Shown here piece by piece: positions 1 to 12,045 of a DNA stretch of 64,000 nucleotides (position 1 is the first letter of the stretch; the number at the start of each line of letters is the position of its first letter). The stretch covers positions 124,001-188,000 of the forward strand of contig CDMY01000677.1 in the NCBI GenBank assembly GCA_001179505.1. The letters run 5' to 3'. Made by a program: the position numbers and the translations under genes. The notes under the pieces are model-generated. The model was given only the letters and a program-made list of their open reading frames with translations, did no database searches and was not told the origin of the DNA. The DNA is from Vitrella brassicaformis CCMP3155. Taxonomy: Eukaryota > Protista > Chromerida.

Positions 1-570
1 ACAGGGCCGCATGTTGGGTGAGATCGGTGCGGTCGTGGCGGCCCTCGAGCGAGAAATGCACGAAACGGCCGTCGAATTCCACGCAATGGTATCTATCCCA
101 CCTAACCCCACACACATCAGAGAGACACCTCACCTCTCGTGTCTGTCTATGTCTGTCTGTGGTATGTTATGTGTGTGCAGTTGCGTCGGATGCAGGACGA
201 GGCAGACAGAAACACCCAGCTGGTGGCCCTCTGCCCCGACCACCCATCAGCAGAGGCGATTCTCGTCGTCCTCGACGAGGTCAACCGCCGAGCAGACAGG
301 CGCCTCGCCGACCGCCCGGCCACGTCGCCATCCCTCCCGCCACAACGCCCCAAATTCGGCGAGAGAGGGCAGCAGCGAAGGGGCAAGTCGGCCGGCCCAC
401 GAGTGGAGAGGGAATCGGGCGACGGGCGTGCTGGTGGTGATGGTGGAGGTGTGGTGCCGCGGGGGGCGCTGCTGGGCGAGAGGATAGACTGGGGGAGTGA
501 GAGGGAGTCGTTTCACGCCTTGGCCAAGGCCATGGAGACCAAGTGGGCTCAGCTGCAGAAGCTGCACAAG
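1..570 (+). CDS. 3' portion of a hypothetical multi-exon gene running in from the left edge (exons about 1-87 and 181-570; end uncertain)
   Basis: GT donor at 88 (gtatct), TG-rich intron, and an open frame LRRMQDEADRN...AQLQKLHK ending at a GT at 571. No recognisable domain. Confidence 0.45.
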
Positions 571-970
571 GTTTCTAACCAGGCCGCACAGAAACAGAGA
601 GGGGGTGGCGCGGGGGGCGGGTGTGGGGGCTACTGCAGATGACGAAATCTGTGTGTGTGTGTGTGTGCATATGTTGATTGCATGTGTGTGGACCGCTGCT
701 CGTGTGGCGGGAATGCCACTCACAATACTGAATGCGATTGCGACGTTAACTTGCAATCTGTCGCGCCTCAAGACGTCCATTCACCTGTTCACAAGTTCCC
801 AGGTTGCTGTCTGTGTCTGGCTGGACACACACAAAACGGTGCACGCGCCGATCCTTAGAATATTACCACTCACTCGGCCAGACAGGGAAGGAAGGCATCA
901 TCAATCAGCTGATAGAGATACATCACACCACACGACTCTCTGGCGACAATTCAATTCCCCACAGGCTATC

Positions 971-2150
971 CTATCCCGCACCCCCCCCTCTCCGCCTTCC
1001 ACTCTCTTCTGACCTAACAAGCCTCGCGGCCTCATCATTTTCATGCCTATGTCGGCTCTCCCGGCCCTCTATCAGCCCAGACACCCCCCTGCCCCCCTCT
1101 AGCTGTCCCACATGACCGTCGTCGTCTGATTCCTCATCGCCCGAGTCGTCGGGGAGCTCGTCCTCGCTGTCGACGTCACTCTCGCCCTCGTCGTATCTGG
1201 TGTCATCTCTGTTGGGCATGAGGTTGAAGGCGGGGTGGATGGGCTGCCGGTCGGTGTACACGTAGCGGCCGGCTGATGGGTCCCACGACATGGCCTCAGA
1301 TCGATACCTGTCGTGGAAACACGACACACACGGCAGGGCGGTGTAGTGTAGTGGCTTTGATGGCGGTCTCCGCTGGTCTGTCTGTCTGATCTGTTGCCAG
1401 ACCAGACCTGGGTCTCTTAGCGACTCGTTTGGGCATGCTGAAGACGGGTTTCTTGGTGGGCATATGGCGCTTGAACTCCATCAGCATGCCGTCCATCTGC
1501 GTGATGTGGTGGTACTTTGGCACCGGGGCCACCCGCCAGGCACACAGACACCGGTACTGCGAGGTGCCGCAGCCCGACCCGCACCTGGGGCCGCACACGC
1601 CCTCCTTCTGCCACTTGAGGCAGTACTGGTGCCGATTCAGCCGCTTGCCCTCCAGCCGTGCCATGCCGATCGTCAGCAGCGCACGGCCGCCATTGCGCCA
1701 GTCGTTGGGGAAGCGAGGGACGAGCGCACAGGGGACCTGAGCAGTACAGCCGACAATAAGGGACAAGAGGCGAGGGCATACCATGCCAGTGCAACAGGAA
1801 TCAGCACGCGCCCGAGTTGAGTGGTCTTTCTCTCACCTTTGTGGTGGGGTATACGGGGTCATTCAGCGGCTTGCCATGGATGTGCTGACCTGATATATCC
1901 AGACATCCACACAGCACAGAGCAGACACACACGAAGGCGTCAGTCACCCGGTAGTTCCCTCCATGGATCTTTGTTGCAGAGAGCAGGCCTCAAAGCGTCG
2001 GTCGTGTGGCATCCGTCCAGCATTCATTCTGCGTACGTACCTCTGTAGCCAATGGGCCGTCTGCCAGGCGGGCCCTTGGGAGGCTTGAGCTTGATGACTG
2101 TCTTGGTCACCTCCTGACGAAACGGACTCGAACTCATCTCTCATAAGCAG
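971..2150 (-). CDS. Hypothetical multi-exon protein with a Cys-rich middle exon and an acidic C-terminus
   Basis: Coding-like exons (about 1400-1740: HQYCLKWQKEGVCGPRCGSGCGTSQYRCLCAW; about 970-1310: DEGESDVDSEDELPDDSGDEESDDD) separated by typical introns. Start not resolved. Confidence 0.5.
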
Positions 2151-2400
2151 ACTGCCGAGTAGGGAGAGGATGGACAAGTAGGCCGATTGAGGGAGGGCAC
2201 TTCCACTGTGCACTTCCCTTGAAGCTCGCAATTTGAAGCTCGCACCCGCCGAGGAGTCGTCTACTCCACAGGCGCAGCATCGCAGGCCTTTCTGGAGCCA
2301 CGTGAAGCGGCGTGATTGTAGCTGAGGCGATTGAGCCCTGTCTCATCTCGAGTACCGTCTTTGGATGCGCGCGGCGCATTGTTGACGGCCTGCCAGTAGC

Positions 2401-5400
2401 ATGGGAGCGTACCTTTCCCAGCCGCGCACCGACAAGGTGGGCAGCCATGGACCGACCTCACCAGGGCGGCATGGCATGTAGGTGGAGGTGCGTGTGTTGT
2501 GTGTGGCGTGTGTTGTGTGTGTGCAGGACTCGGAGGATGGAGGGGATCTCAGCTCCGGTGTCTCACGGTTCGGAGTCAGCAGCATGTAAGCCCACCGACG
2601 CGCCGGGAGATGCCTAACCTAATGGCCGCGTGCGTGAGTGTTGTTGGCTGTGCGCTGTGTGTCGTATTCTCACTCAGGCAAGGGTGGCGTCAGACAATGG
2701 AGGACGCCCACCTCGCCAAGCCTGACTTTGCGGACACCGCGGCTGTCTATGGCGTTTTTGATGGTGAGCGGAGCGGGCGCCATGGGCCAGGCCACGGGCA
2801 TTCTGGTCGATGCCTGCTGGTTATGTGACCTCTGTGTGTGTGTGTGCATCATCCATCAATCAGGTCACGGTGGCCATGCCGTGTCGAATTGGGTTGCGAA
2901 GCATCTGTGTGACGTGTTGAAGGAGCAGCTGCAGTCGGCTCCACGAAATGCCGATCAAGACCCATCGGCCGCTGACGCGTAAACAGAACACGCGCACATG
3001 ACGCGCCGCGGCCCCCTGCACATGTGCTTCTATGCGTGTGTGCAGTCATCCGGAGGACGTCCGAGCGGTCAAGGCAGCACTAGCCAGGGTGAGAGGGCTG
3101 ACTGACTGAGAGGAACTGATTGGCGTATCGCTCGCGACCACACTGACTGGGGCTGGTTCGTTGTGTTGTTTGTATGTTGTGTGTATCAATCAGACGTTTC
3201 TCACGTTGGATGAGCGCATGCAGAAGCCCGAGTCGCGGCGGGAGCTCAAGGAACTCCACGAGGAGATCAAAACGGTATATAGATCACCACGGACTGCCGT
3301 GTCACCCACCACACCTGATAGACATCACATCCACTCTCACTGCCATGCCGCCCTTTTTCTCTCCCACCCGACCCCACCCACAATCATTCAGAAGCAAGCC
3401 GCGAGTTCCGACGACGCCGATGACGAGGCCGAGGAGGATTCTCCGCTGGCCGACGCCTCCGGCGGCCTCCCTCCTCTGCTCAGACAGCTGCTGGGCGTGG
3501 GAGTGCCACGGGGCCGTGGCAGGGGCAGCAGGGGCCGCGGCAACAGGGGCGGCGGGGGCGGGGGACCTCCCAGTGGTCCTGGTGGTCCTGGTGGTCCTCC
3601 TGGTATGGGCGGCCGGGGCGGTGGAGGTGGAGGAGGTGGTGGCGGCGGTTTCCTGATCCGGTTCACCGACGGGCAGGGGCGGGAGCGCATCGTGCCCATA
3701 TCCATGGGAGGTGAGCCAGCCAGGGAGGGAGGGAGGGAGGGAGGGTCAGTGAGAGTGGTGTGGTATAGGCGGGTGCATCACTCGGTGTCTGCGTTNNNNN
3801 NNNNNNNNNNNNNNNNNNNNNNNNNNNNNNNNNNNNNNNNNNNNNNNNNNNNNNNNNNNNNNNNNNNNNNNNNNNNNNNNNNNNNNNNNNNNNNNNNNNN
3901 NNNNNNNNNNNNNNNNNNNNNNNNNNNNNNNNNNNNNNNNNNNNNNNNNNNNNNNNNNNNNNNNNNNNNNNNNNNNNNNNNNNNNNNNNNNNNNNNNNNN
4001 NNNNNNNNNNNNNNNNNNNNNNNNNNNNNNNNNNNNNNNNNNNNNNNNNNNNNNNNNNNNNNNNNNNNNNNNNNNNNNNNNNNNNNNNNNNNNNNGTGTC
4101 TGCGTTGCTATGCGTGGATGGATGGTGGTGTGGTCAGAGTTGGGTGGCGATGATGACGACGACGATGACGACATATCTGACGATGTGGAGATCGGCATGG
4201 CGCGGACGCACCAGCGGGGCGGCGGCGGGTCCGCACAGATCGAGGAACTCGACGACGTCGAACACCCAGACACCACCGCAACCCAACACAGTAAGCCAAG
4301 CCCCGACACAGACAGATAGGCTAGACTGCCCACCTACGTGTTGTGTTGTCTGTCTGGTGCATTCAGGCGTTCCGTCGGGCGATGAGGCTGCCCCGCCGCG
4401 CATCGTCGAGGAGCCGAATGAGGAGAGCATGGAGGACAAGGGCACCGGCGGTGCGCAGCCCGTCGACGAGTCCACCCGGCAGCCCGTCGACGAGTCCACC
4501 CGGCCGCCCGCCACTCCCGTGTTCGGCACCGACGCCGAGCCCAACGAGACGATGGCCATGGAGACGGACGAGGACCCTCCCGAGCCCGCACCCTCCCCCG
4601 CCCCGGCCGTGCCCCTGCCACCGCCACCCTCACAGGACACGGGCGGCCCACAGACACACCCATACGCGGAGCACCCCGATGCCGCCATGCCTGAGATCGC
4701 GGCTGCCGCCGCCGCCGCCATCAGTGGGGCGCAGTCGGCCAAGGACGATTTTGACAAGACGCAGTCGCTGCACTTTGGCGGCCAGTATCGCAACATGGTG
4801 CCGACCGACACACACGAGCAGGGAGAGGGGGCAGGGGAGGAGGGCAAGCCGATGGGGCTAGGCGGCGAGGGTGCTGCTGAGGGTGAGGGCGATGCCGCCG
4901 CGCCCCAGGCGACCACCACCACCACCACCGGACGCAAGAAGGCCCAGCCGAAGAAGCGCGTCAAGGCGGAGGGAGGGGAGCCCGCGGTTGCTGGGAGCAA
5001 CAAGTCGCCGGCGTCGTCGGCCGGCGGCTCGTCGCCTCCCCGTTCGCCGAAGCGCAAGATCAACGGCCGCAAGAAGGGCAACGGCGAGGAGGGGGACGAG
5101 GGCGAAGAGGGCGAGGAGGTTGGCGCTGAGGAGGATGAGGACAAGATAATGGACGAGGGCGAGGGCGACGCTCCTGAGGATGGGGAGGAGCAGACGCTCG
5201 CACAGGGACAGGGACCCGAGGATGCTGCTGCTGCTGCTGACGCGTAAGTGATCCACCTACCCACCACTCGACTCGTTGACCACACGCATTCATTGTGTTG
5301 TGCCTGTCTGTACGTGTGTGTCTTGTGTTGGCTGGCTGTGTCGATTGACCAGCGATGACACGGACAACATCACGTCAGCGGAGCAGTTGGCGGCGGACAT

Positions 5401-7211
5401 TAATGCCAAGGAGGCCGGTGGCGCTGGTGTGAGTGGGATGGACATGGACGAGGACGAGGACTCACTCATGATGAGCCCCTTCACGCCAGAGGGCTGCGGC
5501 AGCACGGCCGTCGTCGCCTTCGTCATGGGGGGGTACGCTACTCCCGACTAGCTAACACCACACCCTCACTCCACTCACTGCAGCAATGCATGGGGTGCTG
5601 TGAGTGCTGTGTCTTGTGTCTGTCTGCAGTGGCGATACCCGTCGTTTGATTGTGGCTAATGCGGGCGACTCGCGATGCGTTCTCTCTCGAGCAGGTAGGT
5701 CATCAATGAGAGAGAGAAAGAAACAAAGAAGGGAACACAGGGCGACTGTGGTATGGTATGGTGTGGTGTGTGTGCAGGTGTTGCGCATGCCATGTCGCAC
5801 GACCACAAGCCCGACCTGCCCAGCGAGACGGAGCGCATCCACGCCGCTGGCGGATCGGTACTTACAGCCACACACACACACACACACGCTCAGACCACAC
5901 TCAGGCGGGGCGGCCTCATCCACTCCACACATCTGTGTTGTGTGATGATGGTGTGTGTGTGTTTACTGAATGGTTCTTCCTGTGAGCAGATTATGAACGG
6001 TCGTGTGGACGGCAATTTGAACCTGTCTCGTTCCCTGGGTGACCTCCACTACAAGCGGGACAAAGACCGACCCCCGCAGCAGCAGCGTGTAAGGCCCACA
6101 CACACACACACACACACACAAACTGTCGACCGACACATTTGGCCGTGTGTGTGCTTCGCTTCCTTTATGCCTGCCTCCATATATCAGATAACTGCCGATC
6201 CCGAGATATCAGTGATGGAGTTGTCGGACGAGGACGAGTTCGCCATACTGGCATGCGACGGAATATGGTGTGTATGTATGGCACACAACACACAAACCAC
6301 CACCACCACCACACACACACGCATTCATATCTGTCTCTGTCTCTGTCTCTCTCCGTGCGTCTTGTCTGTCGGTTAAGGGATTGTTTGACGTCTCAGCAGG
6401 CGGTGGATTTCGTGCGGCAGCGCCTCTTCCAATACGAAGTCACTGATGGGGCCGGTGAGGGAGGGAGGGAGAGAGAGAGAGAGAGGGACAGAGGGACAGA
6501 GGCAGCGCACGACGATCGACGTGTGTGTATGGTGTGTTTCTGCCTACTTGCATGGCATGCAGCCGAGCCCTCGTTGTCCAAGATTTGCGAGGCCATGTGC
6601 GACCACTGCCTGGCGGCAAGTAAGACAGAAAGACCAGCAGACATCCATCCATCAATGATGACTGGGAGAGAGCGATAAATGCGATGGACGTCAGTCATCT
6701 CATCCTGTCCTGTGTGTGTTGTCTGTCCGTCTTGTGTGGTTCATTCAGATGCCATGCAGTCAGAGGGCATCGGCTGCGACAACATGACCGCTCTCATACT
6801 CGTAACCACCGCACCGCATGCACAGGCCAGGCGATGGATTGGAGGAATGCCCCTCTTGTCTGTCTGTCTGTCTGTCTGTCTGCGCCTGATTTCCTCTTTG
6901 CATGTGTGACTCTCTGTCTGTGTGTCAGCAACTGAACCCGCTGAGTCGCATTTTGGCTCACCCGCCCCCGCCACACGACCCTAATGGACGAAACAATAAC
7001 AACAACAACACTGCCACAGGTTGGGTTAGCTTAGGTCCACACACAGCCATCCATCCCCATCACACAGACAGACAGAACTCCCAAGTCCATGCCTCACTGT
7101 GTCGTGTCTGTCGTGTGGTGTGCTGCCATGGCTGGTGTGTGTGCAGGTGGCCCCCCGTCTGGTGATGCGTCGACCACAGCCAGCGAGGAGCCCACTGCCA
7201 TGGACGAGTGA
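2401..7211 (+). CDS. PP2C/PPM-family Ser/Thr phosphatase, PPM1G-like, with N-myristoylation motif and a very long acidic/Gly-rich insertion
   Basis: Spliced motifs: MGAYLSQPRTDK (ATG 2401), SSMQGWRQTMEDAH, YGVFDGHGG, GSTAVVA, IVANAGDSRCVLSR, DHKP, RVDGNLNLSRSLGD, ILACDGIWD, GCDNMT. Stop TGA at 7209-7211. Confidence 0.93.
3796..4095. other. Assembly gap (300 N) inside a PP2C intron
   Basis: Run of N; the same 11-mer gtgtctgcgtt flanks both sides. Confidence 0.99.
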
Positions 7212-7953
7212 TCGAATCGATACCTACGATTGAATGATAGCCATGAACGTCGCCTTCCTTGATGCAGTTGCCTTTTCACTTCACACATACCGACAGCCAG
7301 CATGGTGGACTCACACCCACGCCACGCACCGCCACAGGGGCCGGGGAGGGAGGGAGGGAGAGGGGGATGGACTTGGTGTGGGCGTGGGCGGGGGCGTGGG
7401 CGGGGGGATGATCTTTTTGATTGACACACAGGCGGGGGGGCGGGTCAGCGGGGGGGCGGGGGGACTTTTGATGACTCACTCAGCTAACTCACTGACTGAC
7501 TGACTGATGGAATGCATTCATTGGATTGGATGGATGTGCTCATGATGGATGTCGAATGAGTCGAATCGAATCAACCGGTTGATGGAGTGAGTGAGTGTGG
7601 TGTCCGTCTGCCTGGCTGCCTGGCTGCCTGTAAATAACACACACACACACACACACGCAGTCCCGTCCTGTCCCCTCCTTGATAGTGCAATCATTGCAAT
7701 CGTCCACCGTTTCCCTCTCTCATCCCGTCGGCCTGTGTGAATGTCAGCCTGTCAGCCTGTTGTGCGGTTCCTCGGGTGCCTGAGCGCTTTTTTCTCTCAG
7801 ATGGGGCACCGCACCTGAACCGAACCGGCCGGGCGGCACAAGAGGAGGACACAAGCCACACACAGGCAGGCAGACACACACACCAGGGGAGAGGGCGACT
7901 GACTGGATGGCTCTCTCTTTCCTGCATTTCTCGCCTGCCCGCCTGCATGGGGT

Positions 7954-8400
7954 TCACTCATCGTGTGTGTGGCCTGGGATCGACCGAATTGCATCATCCT
8001 GAGGTGTCTGGTCTGTCTGTCTGTCTGATTCCGGCAGCTGCGCACCTAGGACAGCTGTCCCTTTCTCGTAGCTTGGCTTCGGCAGCATGTCGGCGCGAGC
8101 CAAGCCTGCTCGTTTCGACTTGCTGCTGGGGAGGCTGCGCGAGAGAGGGACGGGACGGCCGGTGTGCAGTGAGTGCGCCAACACCAGCCCAGCAAGTGTC
8201 AGAACGGCTAGGCAGGCAGGGAGCGGTGGCCACTGCGGCCGCGATGCCTGTCTGTGTCTGTATGTCATGGCGTGACGGCAGGTTTTGCGCTCGGGTTGCG
8301 CTGCGTTGCGGGCATAAGTAAGTGGTACCAGAATCCTCTCAGATGCTGCTGCCTGACTTGGATCTCTTGCATGAGTTGGGTGGACGGATGTGCGTGTGCG
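7954..8400 (-). CDS. Possible small hypothetical gene with a hydrophobic segment
   Basis: Frame ...ACLAVLTLAGLVLAHSLHTGRP...PSYEKGTAVLG with plausible splice sites; weak. Confidence 0.25.
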   Translation of the reverse strand, partial: RTRTSVHPTHARDPSQAAASERILVPLTYARNAAQPERKTCRHAMTYRHRQASRPQWPPLPACLAVLTLAGLVLAHSLHTGRPVPLSRSLPSSKSKRAGLARADMLPKPSYEKGTAVLGAQLPESDRQTDQTPQDDAIRSIPGHTHDE

Positions 8401-8728
8401 TGCGTGTGTGTGTGTGTGTGTGCCGTTCGATCCACTTGGTCGATCGGTGAACTTACTGTGTGTCACTTTCAACTCAACTAGACATTCGCCCAGTCCATGT
8501 CGATCCAACCCTCACGCGCACACGCACGCACACACGAACGCGTCCATCCAGGTCCGCAGTCATAGCTAAGCACCCCACCCCCCCTCTCTCTCCGTGTTTT
8601 GCCAACACACCACACGGCACCCACTCCGCACGGCAAGTCCCTCTCTCATGCTTCAAACACTGCCAGCAAAGGGCTCCCACCTCCCCCCTCCCTCCCTCCC
8701 TCTAGGCTACACTCGTCCATCTCTTCTT

Positions 8729-11700
8729 TCACTCGAGCACCCGGACTGGCGTGAATTTGATGGTGCCATTCTTCTCACCCACGAGGTTGATGTTGGCCTG
8801 CGTGGCCGCCTGCCGCAGTGCTCTCACTGGCCCCCACCGCTGCTTGGGCTTGTGCACGTAGCTGATGCACTGCAGGCTGGCGAACTGGTCGAACATCTGG
8901 CGGCTGGTCTGCAGGAGCTCCGTGTACAGCTGCCGGGCGTGCTCCTCGGTCTGGTTGTAGGACACCTTGATCTCTATGGCCCGCACGCGGTTGTCGATGA
9001 CCTCGCGGACGTCGTCACCCACGCCCATGTCCATGTCGCCCACGCCGGCCCCCTCGTACACCCCCCACCGAACGGGGAGGCTCGGGGGGTCGTGCATCAC
9101 CCCCCAGGCGTTGGACACACGCTCGATCTCGACCTCCGTGGCGACCGTGATGCGCCGGCCTTGCTGTGGGGCCAGGTGGCGGATGGCCTTGGGCAGCACG
9201 GCAATCGGCACGATCTGGTCCTCGTCGCTTTCGTCGCTGTCGACAGCCATGGTCATCTTGACGGCCAGCCTGTCCAGGCTCGGCAGCTCCTTGACGAAGC
9301 TGTGCAGGCCGCCTTCGTAGGTCCGGTCGCTGTTCATGGTGCCCTGGTCGATGTCGAAGGTGCGCACGGCCGGCAGCATCGCGGGAATGCGCGACACCAG
9401 CTGGTTGGGCAGGTGTGTGTAGGGGAAGTAGCTCGTCGGCAAGACCTTCACCGTGAGGGTCTCAGCACAGGAGAACACGGCCGTGTTGAGCTCGTACGCC
9501 ATCGTCACGTCGTTGGGCATCTTGAACGGAGACAGCGACACCTGATGGATTGAAGGAGGGAGGGATGCACCAGCAGAGCGACAAGCGCGTCTGCACGGGG
9601 TGTGTGGTGTGTGTTGGTCTCAGTGTTCTATAGATCGCCCACCCACCTTTGCCGCCATGTTGGCAAGTTTCTGGACTGTCGAGTGTGTGCCCGCCAGCTG
9701 GACGGGCGAACCGACCAGGGGCAGACCGACAGCCAGCTCCTCACATCGAAACTCGTCGGGCCGCCCGTTGTCCACGCGCCGCACCTCAGCATGGTACACC
9801 TCGACGGCATCGGGCTCCAAACACTGACTACGGAAGCCATGCAGCCTCTGCAGATTGGTTGATAAGAAACACAACACAGACAGACACAGAGAGGATGGCC
9901 ACGGCACGGCTGAGGCGGGTCGTTGCTCTAGCACACAAACACACACACACCTGAATGAAGCTTGTGTGTGCGATTGGGGTTCGGTCGTTGTCGTGGGGCA
10001 TCTCCATCTCGATCGTGGTGAGCCGGGACTGCAGGATGGCCCAGAAGTGCTGCTCGCCATGGAATATCACTGAGGTACACACACACACAGAGACAGACAC
10101 GGGGATGGGCACATGGGTGGATGGATGGGTGGACACACACATGCGTATGATACCATGGCCAGTGAGCGACCGAAGGGTGCCGGCTGTGGGCGTGTGTCGC
10201 ATGACGTTGCCAATGCGCTCCAGCGACTTGGGGAAGGTGTGACCGCCGCGGCCACGATCGAACAGCATGTGGATCGAGTGCAGCCCACCCATTGCCGCGG
10301 GCACCCACTGCTGCAGGGCATTCTCGGATCTGCACGTGAGCTCTCGCAGCAGGGGGAACCGGTAGCGCCGGAAATGCGGGATGCGCTGCCAGGTGCTGTC
10401 CACCTTGACGGCGTGGAGGTGCTCGAAGATGATCGGCTCGTCGGGCTGGGGGAGCTGGTTGAGGGCGGTCTCGGCCTGTCGCTCCTGACGGTCGGTGAGG
10501 AGGGGCGAAGTCAGCGTCATCGACTGCACACACACACACACACACAGACAGAGAGAAAGAAGATAAGGACGACGTATGTCTGTCTGTCTGTCTGTTTTCC
10601 TGGCAGTGCAGTGCAGTGCATCTCACGTACCTGCAGGCTGGTGGTAGTGGCCTCGAGCAGTATCAGCTTGGGCATTGCCGGAGGACCGTGGATTTTCATG
10701 GTCGTCGTGCGCGAAAGAGAACCTGGCCAAGGCAAACACACAACCAACCGCACCACCCGCCCTCTTGCCGCTTCCCCCCACATCATAAGCGAGACAGACC
10801 TACTTATCCATCGCTGAGCCACGGCAATGCTCGGAGCGGTCTCAAACTCGACGATGGGGTGCATGGCTGGGTTCTTGGCCATGGATCTGAACGCACAGCT
10901 GACGGCCGAGAGGGACCGCACAACGTCCACAAACCCGATGTACCCGCCCACGCCGATGCGGTCGCCGTCACTCAGCCACAACGCTTCGGCTATCGAATCC
11001 AAAGACAGACGCTGCAATGCGCACAATCCACACACCCCCGTGCGCAGGCATGTGTGTCGTTCATCTGCGTGTGTGATGTCTGTCTGGCGTACGTCCTCTT
11101 CATTGAGGGCCTGCATCTTCTGCTGTATCATGTCGAGCTTCTGGGTGGCCCGCTCGATAGACAGCTGGGACCGGGCGCTGTTGGTCTGCATCATCTCCCG
11201 CCACACACGGAAGTGACGCCTAATCGCCTGCAGTGCAGAACGACAGACAACAAGAGCAGAACAAGGGCAGGCAGCACACAAACTTGGATGGATTTGGTGC
11301 GCCGTTTGTGTGCGCACCTGGACTTTGGTCTGGGTGTTGGTGTTTGCGACCTCGTGCGGCATCAAACTCTTGGCCATCAAAATCTCCACAGCCTGTTTGT
11401 GTTGCAGACAGACATAGATAGACGAACCCAACACAACAACCATCCGACATACATCATCGGCCCGCCCGCTGTCCCTGTGTCTGCCTGATTGTCCCTACAG
11501 CTGCCTGCCTGCGCACCTTTGCCTTGGTCTGCTCAATCATGAGTAGCTGCTTCCGGAGAGACGACGCCATGCTCTCCATCGCCAGCAGAACCTCCTCGTC
11601 CTCATCCATCTGAGCCAACTGCAGGCAGGCAGGCAACACACACAAGAGAGCGCATGGACGGATGCCTCAGCCCGACTGAGAGCCCGTGTGCCTCGAGGCA

Positions 11701-11878
11701 GCCATACGTCATCGTTGAGTCTCTGTCGCTTGGAGCTCTCATCACTCCCGCCTCCCGCAGCTGCCGCAGATGATGATGATGCAGCGGCAGCGGCAGCAGC
11801 TGCCGCAGGCGCCGCTCCACTCGAGGCCGCAGCACTAGACTGGGCGAGGGAGCGCTTCTGCCGCCCTCCTCTGTCCAT
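8729..11878 (-). CDS. Lineage-specific hypothetical protein: low-complexity Ala/Ser N-terminus, coiled coil, F-box-like segment, long C-terminal exon
   Basis: About 8 exons with GT-AG borders. F-box-like YIGFVDVVRSLSAVSCAFRSMA. Terminal exon 8729-9543 is open for about 270 codons. Confidence 0.75.
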
Positions 11879-12045
11879 TTTCGCTACTTCCTATAGCTAC
11901 TTCCTTTCAAAAAGGCGGCACCGCGCATCAAGAGGCTTGCGAGCTTAGTATAGTAGCCAAAAGTGCGAGCTGGAGTCAGGGCCTGCCAATCCCCGTGCCA
12001 ATCTCAGCATTGGCAGCTCTCCGGTATCCAGTGCGGGCGGAGGGC

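Noticed and set aside
4134-5285. Long minus-strand ORF (383 aa); likewise 15920-17410(-), 8594-9553(+), 21359-22252(-), 52278-53090(-)
   Set aside because: Antisense or alternative-frame shadows of GC-rich real exons; low-complexity translations without motifs.
7200-7700. (GACT)n, (GATG)n, (CA)n and G-rich runs as special elements or G-quadruplex switches
   Set aside because: The same microsatellites occur in almost every intron and UTR of the window; background feature.
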